From positions 381,307 to 445,306 of the forward strand of contig CP179888.1 of the NCBI GenBank assembly GCA_047456305.1: a stretch of DNA of 64,000 nt. Reading direction: 5' to 3'. Below the pieces are notes generated by a model. The model had not been told where the DNA came from. It made no database searches and was given only the letters and a program-made list of their open reading frames with translations. This document shows positions 52,375 through 62,096 of the stretch, piece by piece. Made by a program: the position numbers and the translations under genes. The stretch comes from Candidatus Nealsonbacteria bacterium. GTDB lineage: Bacteria; Patescibacteriota; Minisyncoccia; Minisyncoccales; CAZKCU01. The number at the start of each line of letters is the position of its first letter. Within the stretch, counting starts at the first letter, position 1.

Positions 52375-54150
52375 ATGCTTATCACAGAAGGTAGAGCTAA
52401 CGGTAAATATATTTTAATCGTTGTTGTTTTAACTGCCATTGTTGGCGGAGGAGTTTGGTTATTAGCGAAACGAGACGTTCGTTTTACTGAATTTTCTGAG
52501 ATAAATAAACCAGAAGAAAATGGAATGGATGTTAATAATGAGATTAATATCCATGAATATCCGAGTGATAGCGAGCAATTTAGAAATCTGACTATAAAAT
52601 TTGTGAGAGAGATAGCTGAGAATTACTTTGATGAACAACTGATAAAATACCCGGAGGAATTAGGAATTAGAGGTAATTGGGTTCCTTATATAACCATATA
52701 TCATCAGGGAGAAATAAAAGGGCATGGGAAAGGAGAAAATGAAATATTATCTTTTGCTTTAGCTGAAGCAACAAAAGTTGCTTTTAGTGATGAGAGGTGC
52801 GAAAACTTAACTAAAAAAGATCTTAAGGATGTAATATTTTTGGTCAAATTTTTAATTCCTCCAAATCAGTTTTCTTTTGTAGAATATGACGGGAAAGGGA
52901 AAGAACTTGTTGGAGATTTAGTAGTAATCCGAAATTTAGACAAAGAGTTAATTCGTCAGAAAATTGAACAAGGAAAAGAATTTTTATACAGGGTAATGAA
53001 TAAAAATGAGTACGGTTTCTATAAAAAATATGATGCTCTAAATGATGATTTTGAAGATAGACTGCATACTGTATATTCTGCTTCAATTATATATACTTTT
53101 TTATACATTTATGATTTGGAAAAGGACGAGAAAATTTTAGAATACATACCCGATTGGGGCAACTTTCTTTTTTTCATGCAAAACAAAGATGAGGAAGATG
53201 AAAGGTACGGCGCCTTTCATTATTCTTACTATTTAGATAGCAAGGAACGAGAAAAGAAATTTGTAGTTGGGACAAGTGCATTAACTATATTTACATTATT
53301 AAGATTATATGATTTAACTAACGACTCAAAATACTTGGAATCTGCGAAATTGGCTGGTGATTGGTTAACTACAATGCAGAAACCAGATGGAAGCATAAGG
53401 TCCTATGTAAGATATTCAGATGGGCAATGGGTGTACGGTGATAAAGAATCCCTTCTTTACAACGGCCAGGTGCTTTCTGCTCTTTCTAAGCTTTTTCAAG
53501 CTACCGGAGATAAAAAGTATTACGATACTGCTGAAGGAATTGCAAAACTGTTCGTAGAGAAATATGAAAAAGAAAAAGGTTATATTAAAGGTGAATATCG
53601 AGAGAAAAATCCGATATCAAATTCTTGGGTAGTAATGTCATTAATGGATTTTTATAGAGTAAATCAAGCTGATTATTACAAAAACATAATTTTTGAACTA
53701 AGTGAAAAAATTTTAGAAAATCAAAAAAATGACATGAATAACCTTTTACATTATGGTGGCTGGGGTGAAGTGTATTCAACAAGTGGAATTGGTTGGATAA
53801 GTGAAGTGATGGTGGAAACATATATATTCTGCAAAGAATTCACCCCTACACCAAATTTTGGTGTGGGGGCAAGCAAAGAAGATTGTAATAAGTATAAAGA
53901 TTCTGCGATAAAGGCAATGAGATTACTTATTCAGAATACCTATTCAGAAGAAAACACCTTTTTTCTTAAAAATCCAAAAAGAGCAATGGGAGGTGTTTTT
54001 TGGAATGAACAAAATAAATATGTAAGAACTGATTCGGTATGTCATGCTTTAAATGGTTATGTCAGAATAATGAATGATTTAGAGGATGGATTATTACTTT
54101 CGGTTCCAGAGAAATCATTTGAAGCAATTTTAAATGAGCTTAAAAAATAA
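52375..54150 (+). CDS. hypothetical membrane-anchored protein with a probable (alpha/alpha)6-toroid-like repeat domain
   Basis: N-terminal TM helix. Repeated helical hairpins such as LTIFTLLRLYDLTNDSKYLESAKLAGDWLTTMQKPDGS. No confident family. Confidence 0.4.
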   Translation: MLITEGRANGKYILIVVVLTAIVGGGVWLLAKRDVRFTEFSEINKPEENGMDVNNEINIHEYPSDSEQFRNLTIKFVREIAENYFDEQLIKYPEELGIRGNWVPYITIYHQGEIKGHGKGENEILSFALAEATKVAFSDERCENLTKKDLKDVIFLVKFLIPPNQFSFVEYDGKGKELVGDLVVIRNLDKELIRQKIEQGKEFLYRVMNKNEYGFYKKYDALNDDFEDRLHTVYSASIIYTFLYIYDLEKDEKILEYIPDWGNFLFFMQNKDEEDERYGAFHYSYYLDSKEREKKFVVGTSALTIFTLLRLYDLTNDSKYLESAKLAGDWLTTMQKPDGSIRSYVRYSDGQWVYGDKESLLYNGQVLSALSKLFQATGDKKYYDTAEGIAKLFVEKYEKEKGYIKGEYREKNPISNSWVVMSLMDFYRVNQADYYKNIIFELSEKILENQKNDMNNLLHYGGWGEVYSTSGIGWISEVMVETYIFCKEFTPTPNFGVGASKEDCNKYKDSAIKAMRLLIQNTYSEENTFFLKNPKRAMGGVFWNEQNKYVRTDSVCHALNGYVRIMNDLEDGLLLSVPEKSFEAILNELKK

Positions 54151-54207
54151 AGATATAGCGAATAACAGGGTGGGGCTATGTCCAGAATACGAGTAGTTAA
54201 GCAAGAA

Positions 54208-54231
54208 GCCCATCGCTGGGTGATTTTTTTT
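54208..54231 (+). terminator. intrinsic terminator
   Basis: GCCCA-tcgc-TGGGT followed by T8. It shares the 15-nt string AAGCCCATCGCTGGG with the terminator at 2523. Confidence 0.5.
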
Positions 54232-54365
54232 CGGCCTTGACTTTTTCCTGAATTGTTATTAAGATATAAAATCACGAGAGACGAAGGAGGACGGTATGGG
54301 AAGTGCCTTAAAAAGTGAATATGGATTAAAACAAAAAGACAGAATTAAAAAAAAGGAGGTAACAA

Positions 54366-56318
54366 ATGAAAAGGAAGACAGCTTTTCAAAAGATCATTGA
54401 CAGTCATCTGGTAAAGATCCTTCCTGACGGAGGGATGGTTTTGAAGCTAGACTGGGTTTGGGGACATGAGATTACCACACCGAACGCCATAATAGACATG
54501 AAAGTACGAGGATGTGAAGCCGTTTTCGATCCTAACAAGATTAAGATGATGATTGATCATGTTAACCCGCCCAAAGACACAGCTTCGGCTATTCAAGCCG
54601 AAATCGTCCGTAAATGGAGCGAAGCCCACGGTATCGAGTTTCTCGATGTCGGACGTAACGGTGTATGCCACGCTATTATTCCGGAAAAGGGATGGATACT
54701 CCCTGGTCAGATTGGTATTATGGGCGACAGTCACACCTGCACACATAGCGCTTTCTGCGCTTTCACGGCAGGAGTTGGTACGACAGAACTCGAAAACGGT
54801 ATTATTACTGGTCTTTGGATCTGTCCGTCACAGAAAGTCATCCGCGTTAATTTCACTGGCAAATTGCCGGCAAATGTTTTTGCAAAGGATCTTATTCTGG
54901 CGCTCATTGCGAAGATCGGCGTCAAGGGTGCGACTAACGCAGTGCTCGAATTCGATGGCCCTGTAATTACAGACATGACCATGGAAGGCAGAATGACAAT
55001 CGCCAACATGTCAGTAGAAGCTGGAGCCACATCAGGCATGATGATGGTTGATAAAAAGACCATAGATTATCTGTATCCGATTTTAGATAAAATGTTCCAT
55101 GATGGTTCCCTGGGAGATATAAATCTTGAAGAATGGGACAGTGATTCGGATGCGGAGTATGATCGGGTTATCGAGATTGATGTTTCTAATATGGTTCCAG
55201 TCATTACGGATAAATATTCACCTGGCGATGTTGTGAAGGTTTCCGAACTTGTCGGCAAACGGGTCAATCAGGTTTATATCGGTTCATGCACGAATGGCAG
55301 AATCGAAGATCTGAGGATAGTGGCCAGCATTTTCCGTCAGGTAGGCGCCAGGGTAGCGGACAATTTACGTTGTATAGTTGTTCCCGCCACCCAGTACATC
55401 TACGAGAGGGCGCTTCAGGAAGGAATAATCGAGACTTTCGTAAAAGCTGGATGTTTCGTAAGCGGACCAACCTGTGGTGCATGCCTTGGTATGAGCTGCG
55501 GTGTTATTGCTCCCGGAGAGGTATGCGTTTCCACTACGAACCGCAATTTTCCCGGACGTATGGGCAAAGGCGGAATGGTGCATTTAACATCTCCGGCAAC
55601 AGCAGCCCTTACTGCTCTTAAGGGTGAGATCGCTGAACCGACAATTAAGATGTGCGAGCGTACACTCAATGATTGTTCCGTCATTGTTCCACCTAAAAGG
55701 GAGGCTATTCAGTTGTCGGGATGGGGAAAAACGGAATCAAAACGACCCGAATACAGCAACCTTTTAAGCCTTATCGGCGGAGGACAGCATAAGGATTTTT
55801 CAGGAAAGGTGTTCTATTTACCCGTTGACAATGTTGATACCGACCAGATTATTCCAGCCAAGTATTTGACTGAGACAAAAAAAGAAGAGTTTGGCAAACA
55901 CTGCCTTGAGGATGCTTCGATATCTTCCGAGGACAGACCAAAGCTTTTCCAGTCACAGATAATCGTAGCTGGCGATAATTTCGGTTGTGGCTCTTCAAGG
56001 GAGCACGCACCATGGGCATTAGAAGGAGTCGGCATCAGGTGTGTCATTGCTCCGAGCTTTGCGCGCATCTTTGAGAACAATATGTTCGCGAATGGGCTTC
56101 TTTGTATCACCTTTCCGAAGGAAACGATAGAATTTCTTTTTGATGAAAAGCCTGAAGAACTCTCGGTCGACTGGGAAAAAGGCATTGTGAAGTGGGATAC
56201 CAATGGTGACGCCAGCTTCGAGATTTCAGACTACCAAAAAGAGCTAATCAAGAAAGGTGGAAGCGTCGGCATTATGCTTAAACTCGCCGCAGATCTGCAG
56301 GCAGAAGGTAAAATATAG
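54366..56318 (+). CDS. fused aconitase-family dehydratase, large + small subunit (LeuC-LeuD / homoaconitase-like)
   Basis: N-terminal part: GHEITTPNAI, MGDSHTCTHSAFCAF, GSCTNGRIEDL, GPTCGACLGM, STTNRNFPGRMG. C-terminal part: NVDTDQIIPAKYL, GDNFGCGSSREHAPWAL. A strong SD (AAGGAGGT) lies 8 nt upstream. Confidence 0.88.
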   Translation: MKRKTAFQKIIDSHLVKILPDGGMVLKLDWVWGHEITTPNAIIDMKVRGCEAVFDPNKIKMMIDHVNPPKDTASAIQAEIVRKWSEAHGIEFLDVGRNGVCHAIIPEKGWILPGQIGIMGDSHTCTHSAFCAFTAGVGTTELENGIITGLWICPSQKVIRVNFTGKLPANVFAKDLILALIAKIGVKGATNAVLEFDGPVITDMTMEGRMTIANMSVEAGATSGMMMVDKKTIDYLYPILDKMFHDGSLGDINLEEWDSDSDAEYDRVIEIDVSNMVPVITDKYSPGDVVKVSELVGKRVNQVYIGSCTNGRIEDLRIVASIFRQVGARVADNLRCIVVPATQYIYERALQEGIIETFVKAGCFVSGPTCGACLGMSCGVIAPGEVCVSTTNRNFPGRMGKGGMVHLTSPATAALTALKGEIAEPTIKMCERTLNDCSVIVPPKREAIQLSGWGKTESKRPEYSNLLSLIGGGQHKDFSGKVFYLPVDNVDTDQIIPAKYLTETKKEEFGKHCLEDASISSEDRPKLFQSQIIVAGDNFGCGSSREHAPWALEGVGIRCVIAPSFARIFENNMFANGLLCITFPKETIEFLFDEKPEELSVDWEKGIVKWDTNGDASFEISDYQKELIKKGGSVGIMLKLAADLQAEGKI

Positions 56319-56331
56319 AAAGGAGAAAGAT

Positions 56332-57489
56332 ATGATAGAAAAAAGAATTGCATTAGTACTGGGAGACGGTTCGGGGCCAGAAATGATGAAATTTGCATGT
56401 GCAATTGCCATCGAAGCGGCCAAGAAAGACGGGATAGAGATTGTTTTTGAAGAAACACCGATGGGATGGAATGCCTACGAAAAGTATGGCGATACCCTTC
56501 CGCAGGAATCATTTAAGAGAGCGGTTGATATCGGCATCATATTTTTCGGTGGCGTTGGCGACCCGAAATTCGACAATACCATCGGCGCGAAAAAACCAGA
56601 GATGAAACCCGAAGCAAGAGCATTGCTCTCTTTGAGGAGTAATATGGGACTTCTTCTAAACTTCCGTCCCATGATCTACTACAAAGCGCTCGCTCATCTC
56701 GCGAACGTGAAACCCGAAACGATACCGGACGAAGGAATCCAGCAGATCTGGATACGCTTTCTTCTCGAAGATAGTTACTTTGGTAATCAGGATTTCATCG
56801 ACGATATCCCAGCTGAAGTGAATAAGAAGCTTGGAATAAAGCTGAAGAAAGAGATAACCGGCAATGAGGAAATCGTGACCGATATCGCTTACTTTCGCAA
56901 GAGTACGGTCGAAAAATATCTGAGATCGGCCTTCTCTTATGCCCGGGATATAAAACTGCCTCTCATTTCGATCGACAAAGCTAACGTCATGGCGCGGTAT
57001 GATTTCTGGAGGAAGGTTGCGACAAAAATTGGAAGAGACGAATTTCCTGATGTTCCACTTATTCATCAGTATGTTGATTCAGCTAACGCTCTTCTCTTTA
57101 CCCCCGCGAAACTTCACGGCGTGATTGCATGCGGGAACGAACATGGCGATATTCTTTCTGATGGCGCGGCTGTTGCTCTCGGAAGTATGGGAATGATGTG
57201 TTCATCGGCCATCAATCCTGATACTGGCGCGGCCATGTTCGAAAGCGGTGCCGGAACAGCTCCTACACTAGCCGGACAGGATAAAGCGAATCCTTTAGGT
57301 CGTATTCTCACTGCCGCCATGATGCTCAGGCACATCGGTGCAGTGAATGGCGCAAGTGCGATTGAAACAGCAGTTAATAAGGTCTTGCAGGACGGCTATC
57401 GCACGAGTGATCTTTTCTGCGCTACCGACGACCCTAAAAAACTTCTAGGAACTTCGGAGATGGGAGAAATAGTTCTTTCTTATATGTGA
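56332..57489 (+). CDS. isocitrate/isopropylmalate dehydrogenase-family protein (LeuB-like, divergent)
   Basis: IALVLGDGSGPEMM, FFGGVGDPKFD, NEHGDILSDGAAVALGSMGM, DKANPLGRILTAAMML. The start ATG 56332 is preceded by AAGGAG (the ORF-track start at 56257 overlaps the upstream gene). Confidence 0.82.
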   Translation: MIEKRIALVLGDGSGPEMMKFACAIAIEAAKKDGIEIVFEETPMGWNAYEKYGDTLPQESFKRAVDIGIIFFGGVGDPKFDNTIGAKKPEMKPEARALLSLRSNMGLLLNFRPMIYYKALAHLANVKPETIPDEGIQQIWIRFLLEDSYFGNQDFIDDIPAEVNKKLGIKLKKEITGNEEIVTDIAYFRKSTVEKYLRSAFSYARDIKLPLISIDKANVMARYDFWRKVATKIGRDEFPDVPLIHQYVDSANALLFTPAKLHGVIACGNEHGDILSDGAAVALGSMGMMCSSAINPDTGAAMFESGAGTAPTLAGQDKANPLGRILTAAMMLRHIGAVNGASAIETAVNKVLQDGYRTSDLFCATDDPKKLLGTSEMGEIVLSYM

Positions 57490-57513
57490 ATCTCATTAAA
57501 CGATGATGTGAAA

Positions 57514-57550
57514 GGCGCTAACAATTCAATGTTAGCGCCATTTCTTTTTT
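57514..57550 (+). terminator. intrinsic terminator after the LeuB-like gene
   Basis: GGCGCTAACA-attcaa-TGTTAGCGCC is a 10-bp stem, followed by ATTTCTTTTTT. Confidence 0.8.
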
Positions 57551-57850
57551 ATTGACTAGAGTTGCTTTGTAATAATTCTGTTGATTATTGTAAAATTAAC
57601 TTGGGATATTGGATTATTTCTAACCAGTTCATTTTTCTAAAATCGTCTAATAATCCTAAACGAACAGAATTATGCTCGGTTCTTGTGACCGAGCCGCCTC
57701 AATTTATCGCCAAGCCCGCCCAAGTTTTTGGAAAAAAATTTAGGTGGGCAAAAGGGTGGTTTTTTAAAGCTGTTTAGGTTCATATAGTATAAACCTGGGC
57801 CAGTATAATTTTTTGACTTTTTTTACAGATATAATATAATATAAGGTATT

Positions 57851-59854
57851 ATGGCCGCCAACCTACTTAAACAACTATTAACTTCTATTCATTTGTATTA
57901 TGATTTAGGCTCAGCTTCTCTACGGGCGCGAGCCGTAGGTGAAATTATTGCAAAGGTACTTTTTGTCAAAAATGGACGGGGACTTATGTTTGAAGAAATC
58001 GCTGAAGAGGTAGCTCATCTGGTTGAGGTTAAAAAAATGCCAAAAGATGATATTTTAGAGGGGCTCGAATTTTTAAGAGATAAGGAAGCTGTAATTTGGC
58101 AGGAATCAACAGACCGGTGGCTTTTAACAAATAAAGCAATAGAGCAAATAGACAATGATTTAAGAAACAGCCAATTGAGGACTAAAAAGATTTTAGAGAA
58201 TTATTTTAGCAGAAAAATTGATTACAAAAGACTGGTTGAATGGTTTAGGTCCGCCTGTGCAGATTTTTTTGGTGCTTACGGTGAAATATGGGTGAAGACC
58301 ATTTATTGTAAGAAAATAGTTGAATTACCAGCAAGAAGCTTTTTAGAAAAAATACTTTCTCATTCAATTAAGAAATGCGGTTTGGAATCTTATTCAAAGG
58401 AGCTTCTAACTGCTTTCCGTCAGTTTTTGCTAAGTTCTAATGAGCAGATAAATACAGCCCAGATTTGGTCATATGCCCAAGCTATGCTTTCTGCAAAATT
58501 AGTAGTTGCCGGTGTAGGACCAGATCCAATGGCAATTAATAAATTTAGAGGCGGACAACTATTTTTTGATACAAATATGTTGTTTGGGATAGTATTGAGG
58601 GAGGATCCTAACGACAAAAGGTTTGTCGGCATAGCTGAATCCTTAAAAGACATAGGAGTTTCTTTACGTATTACTAAGAGAACAAAGGAAGAATACGATA
58701 CTGTAGTAAAGAGGGAGAGAGAAAAATTAATAAAGCTCCTGAAAATTTTGCCCAAGAAAACTTTCAGAGAAGTAATGAAGGATTCGAGAGACCAATTTGC
58801 TTTAGTAGCAATTGCAAGAAATTATGATACCGTAAGAGATTACAAAGCCTTTTTTGAAGAAATTAAAAATCCTCCTACCAGAATGGGAAATCTTAAAATC
58901 AAGATGGAGGATAATCCAGAAATTGATAAAGTAGTCAAGGAAAGTGAAAATTATACAGAAAGGCAGAGGGAGATAGAAAAAGAATGGTTAAAGTATTATT
59001 CCTGGCCAAAACGAAAAAGTTCTATTAACCACGATGTGGCTTTAGATGCCGTTGTTGATTTTCTACGGAAAAGTAATCCAAAAACCTGGATTCTAACAGC
59101 CGATCGATCTATGCAGAGTCTTTCGCGGAAGTGGTCTATCACTTATTTTCCAGCATGGCTTTCATTGGGCACAATGATCCAATTATTGGCAATTTATGAT
59201 ACTGGTCCCAAGTATGATCCATATAATTTTGCTCCTCTGCTCAGTAAATTGATTGAGGCGGAAATTCAAGTTACAGAAGACTTGTATATGGTTGAAGATG
59301 TTATTGAGCTTATTGATATTGAGGAAAGGTCTAAAGAATTGTCAAAGGAAGAGATTAAGGCCTTGGCCAATAAGATTGCTAGGGCACGCATGCTTGGTAA
59401 ATCAAGATATGACAGAGAATTAGCTTTGGATATTAAAAGAGTCTTACAACGGAAAAAGATTATAAAAGAGGAGCAGATTCAGCAGATGGAACAGAGAACA
59501 GTGAATTTGGAAGAAGAGCTTACTCAGGAGCACAAAAAGAAAAATGCTTTTTTTGCAGCTTTAGTCAAAAAATTAGCAAGCAAAAAGAGGCAACAGGAAA
59601 GAATTAAGTACATATTAATATTTATTCTTCTTTTGATAGTAGGAGTGTTAATTATGCTTTTGGGTTTTTACTTATGGAAAAGGAAAGGCAATATAAATAT
59701 AGGAATTATGTGTCTTGGTCTCGGCTTAACAGAAATTATTTTACCAACTTTAAAATGGATATTTCCAAAATATAAAGAGGTTGGAAGAAAAGCAGAAGAG
59801 TGGGCAAGAGATCAGGCACTCCATTTAGCAAACCGGGAAAAAAAGCAAGACTAA
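57851..59854 (+). CDS. membrane-tethered PIN-like nuclease-domain protein (N-terminal wHTH-like, C-terminal coiled coil + 2 TM)
   Basis: PIN-like acidic quartet candidates: LFFDTNMLFG, ITKRTKEEY, NHDVALDAVV, WILTADRSM. Coiled coil at about aa 520-590. TM helices YILIFILLLIVGVLIMLLGFYLW and IGIMCLGLGLTEIILP. Confidence 0.5.
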   Translation: MAANLLKQLLTSIHLYYDLGSASLRARAVGEIIAKVLFVKNGRGLMFEEIAEEVAHLVEVKKMPKDDILEGLEFLRDKEAVIWQESTDRWLLTNKAIEQIDNDLRNSQLRTKKILENYFSRKIDYKRLVEWFRSACADFFGAYGEIWVKTIYCKKIVELPARSFLEKILSHSIKKCGLESYSKELLTAFRQFLLSSNEQINTAQIWSYAQAMLSAKLVVAGVGPDPMAINKFRGGQLFFDTNMLFGIVLREDPNDKRFVGIAESLKDIGVSLRITKRTKEEYDTVVKREREKLIKLLKILPKKTFREVMKDSRDQFALVAIARNYDTVRDYKAFFEEIKNPPTRMGNLKIKMEDNPEIDKVVKESENYTERQREIEKEWLKYYSWPKRKSSINHDVALDAVVDFLRKSNPKTWILTADRSMQSLSRKWSITYFPAWLSLGTMIQLLAIYDTGPKYDPYNFAPLLSKLIEAEIQVTEDLYMVEDVIELIDIEERSKELSKEEIKALANKIARARMLGKSRYDRELALDIKRVLQRKKIIKEEQIQQMEQRTVNLEEELTQEHKKKNAFFAALVKKLASKKRQQERIKYILIFILLLIVGVLIMLLGFYLWKRKGNINIGIMCLGLGLTEIILPTLKWIFPKYKEVGRKAEEWARDQALHLANREKKQD

Positions 59855-59940
59855 ATTTGATTTACTTTTTTATTGCGTTAGAATAAAAGAAGGAGAATAA
59901 TAACAAACAAAGGTCGGTGAGAATTAATTAAAAAGACTTA

Positions 59941-60228
59941 GTGATTATGGCCAACTTTGTTATAAAAAAAGATGGGACAAAGGAACCCTTTGATGCTGAA
60001 AAGATTAGAAGAGCAATTACAGGTGCTGCCCAAAGAACTAATCTTCCAGAAGAGCGAAAAAAAGAGGTAGTAGAACAGGTTTTAAATACAGCACTACAAT
60101 TAGCGAGAGAGAAAGAGGAGATAGCAACTTCAGAGCTTAAAGAAAAAATTCTTAGTGAGTTAGATGCTATTGAACCTTCTATTTCAGAGACCTGGAGAAA
60201 CTACGCTCAAGAGAAAGGCGGGGTTTAA
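59941..60228 (+). CDS. stand-alone ATP-cone domain protein
   Basis: VIKKDGTKEPFDAEKIRRAITGA...EIATSELKEKILSEL matches the ATP-cone pattern. ATG 59947 is the likely start. Confidence 0.7.
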   Translation: MIMANFVIKKDGTKEPFDAEKIRRAITGAAQRTNLPEERKKEVVEQVLNTALQLAREKEEIATSELKEKILSELDAIEPSISETWRNYAQEKGGV

Positions 60229-60248
60229 TACAGAATATTTTTTCACTT

Positions 60249-60304
60249 ACCCGAGCCGCAGGCGAAGGGCGAAGGGTGAAGAAAAGGACGAAGTCCTCTT
60301 CGCC
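60249..60304 (-). repeat. family-A palindromic element, intergenic, reverse orientation
   Basis: Plus strand reads ACCCGAGCCGCAGGCGAAGGGCGAAGGGTGAAGAAAAGGACGAAGTCCTCTTCGCC, the reverse complement of the hairpin + CTTCGC...GGCTCGGGT architecture. Confidence 0.8.
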
Positions 60305-60475
60305 TTTCCAATATAGGTTTTGAAATTGTCCAGTCATACTGGAGTCCCGGCTCGCGAGCTTCGCTCGCGGGCTTTTAAAATAAGTAAAAATTTGTAATAA
60401 TGATTAGACGAACTTATGTGAGAAGAAATTAAAAAAAATGACTAGTACTTTGTGATTTATTTGTAAGATAAACTC

Positions 60476-61192
60476 ATGAAAAAAATTTTACTTAAAATTA
60501 AAAAAATAAAGGCAAAGGCTAATGAGAAAGAGATATTAAAGGGAGTGAGTTTTCAAATAAAAAGGGGAGAAATTCAGGCCCTTTTGGGTCCAAATGCTTC
60601 AGGCAAAAGCACTTTTGCCCAGGTAATAATAGGAAATCCAAAATATAAAATAACTGGAGGAGGAATTTTTTTTGAGGGAAAAGAAATTACAAAATTTTCT
60701 CCTGAAAGGAGAGTAAAATTGGGGATGGCTTTGGCTTGGCAATCTCCTCCCAAAATAAAAGGGGTAAAGCTTTCTCAAATATTGGAGAGAATTTCTCAGC
60801 GGGAAATAGAAATTGAGGAAGCTGAATCTCTTTTGGAAAAGGAAGTAAATCTAGATTTTTCAGGCGGTGAGAAAAAAATCTCAGAACTTTTGCAAGTCAT
60901 ATCTTTGAACCCCAAATTGGTGATTTTTGATGAAATTGATTCCGGTTTAGATATAAAAAGATTGGAAAAAGTGGCAAAAATGATAAAAAAGGAATTAGTT
61001 GATAAAGGGGTTTCTGTTTTATTAATCACTCACTTGGGACAAATTTTACAGTTTCTAAAACCAAATTTAACCAATGTAATGTTAGATGGGAAAATTATTT
61101 GTAAGGGAAGAGATTTTCGAGAAATTTTGAGGACTATTAAAAAATATGACTATGAAAAATGTAAAAAATGTTTATCCACCAAAGTTTCCTGA
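60476..61192 (+). CDS. sufC: Fe-S cluster assembly ATPase SufC
   Basis: LGPNASGKSTFAQVIIGNPKYKITGGGIFFEGKEI, FSGGEKKISELLQ, VIFDEIDSGLD. Confidence 0.85.
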   Translation: MKKILLKIKKIKAKANEKEILKGVSFQIKRGEIQALLGPNASGKSTFAQVIIGNPKYKITGGGIFFEGKEITKFSPERRVKLGMALAWQSPPKIKGVKLSQILERISQREIEIEEAESLLEKEVNLDFSGGEKKISELLQVISLNPKLVIFDEIDSGLDIKRLEKVAKMIKKELVDKGVSVLLITHLGQILQFLKPNLTNVMLDGKIICKGRDFREILRTIKKYDYEKCKKCLSTKVS

Positions 61193-62096
61193 AAAGAAAT
61201 TTGGTCAGGTAAATTATTGGCAGATTGACCACGAGGTCAAAAATATTTTTGAGATAGGAGGAGTAACCATTTTACCAAGTTCCGAAGCTTGGCAGAAATT
61301 TGCTTGGACAAGAAAATTTTTCGGAGAAAAACCAAAAGAAGGATACTTTATTTGGGTCAAAAGAAAAATAGATTTCCCCTTGGCTACTTGTATCACTATT
61401 GCCTCACCAAAAATTTCCCAGGATTTAAGAAATTTATTAGTGATTGAAAAAAATATCAAAGCCAGAGCCAATGTAATTTGTAATGCTAAAGAGAGATTTC
61501 TTTGTGGTAAACATTTAGCCAGAGGAAAACTTATTCTCAAAGAGGGAGTTTTTTTAGAATATAATCATATTCATAAATGGGGCGAGAAAGATAATGTTCA
61601 GCCGGATTATGAATTTACTTTGGAGAAAGGCGCTCGTTTAATTTATAATTATCGAAATTTATTTCCTCCAGAAAATTTGGAGTTCAAGACCACAATTCAT
61701 AGTGGGGAAAATACCTCCTCAAATTTAAATTTTATTATTAATTCTTTAAATTCCAAAACAAAGGTAAAAGATACTGTTTTTTTAGAAGGCAAAAATTCTC
61801 AGACAGTTGTTAGATTAAGATTAGTTGGAAGAAAAAAGAGCCAGATTGAGGCAATTAGTCAGATTTTTGCCTTCTCGCCAGGAAAAGGACATTTGGATTG
61901 TCAGGGATTGTTGGTCGACAAAACTGCCAAAATTTCTTTGATTCCTCAATTAGTTTGCCAAAACAAGAAAGCTCAAATTACTCATGAAGCCTCAATTGGA
62001 AAAATTTCAGAAGAAGAATTAACTTATTTGAGGATGAGGGGATTGACTGAAAAGGAGGCGATAGATTTAATTGTCAGTGGATTTTTAAAAGCATGA
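61146..62096 (+). CDS. SufB/SufD-family Fe-S assembly protein
   Basis: The C-terminal SufBD signature is GHLDCQGLLVDKTAKISLIPQLVCQNKKAQITHEASIGKISEEELTYLRMRGLTEKEAIDLIVSGFL. The start is uncertain (overlaps sufC). Confidence 0.8.
   Translation: MTMKNVKNVYPPKFPEKKFGQVNYWQIDHEVKNIFEIGGVTILPSSEAWQKFAWTRKFFGEKPKEGYFIWVKRKIDFPLATCITIASPKISQDLRNLLVIEKNIKARANVICNAKERFLCGKHLARGKLILKEGVFLEYNHIHKWGEKDNVQPDYEFTLEKGARLIYNYRNLFPPENLEFKTTIHSGENTSSNLNFIINSLNSKTKVKDTVFLEGKNSQTVVRLRLVGRKKSQIEAISQIFAFSPGKGHLDCQGLLVDKTAKISLIPQLVCQNKKAQITHEASIGKISEEELTYLRMRGLTEKEAIDLIVSGFLKA

Noticed and set aside
54447-57335. About a dozen overlapping ORFs on both strands within the LeuCD-like and LeuB-like genes.
   Set aside because: This is the same shadow-ORF effect of higher G+C. 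Only the two sense frames show conserved enzyme motifs and SD-preceded starts.
57562-57777. 71-aa ORF in the spacer upstream of the PIN-like gene.
   Set aside because: It has no motif, starts at a non-ATG codon, and spans AT-rich promoter-like sequence with small hairpins. It is probably non-coding.
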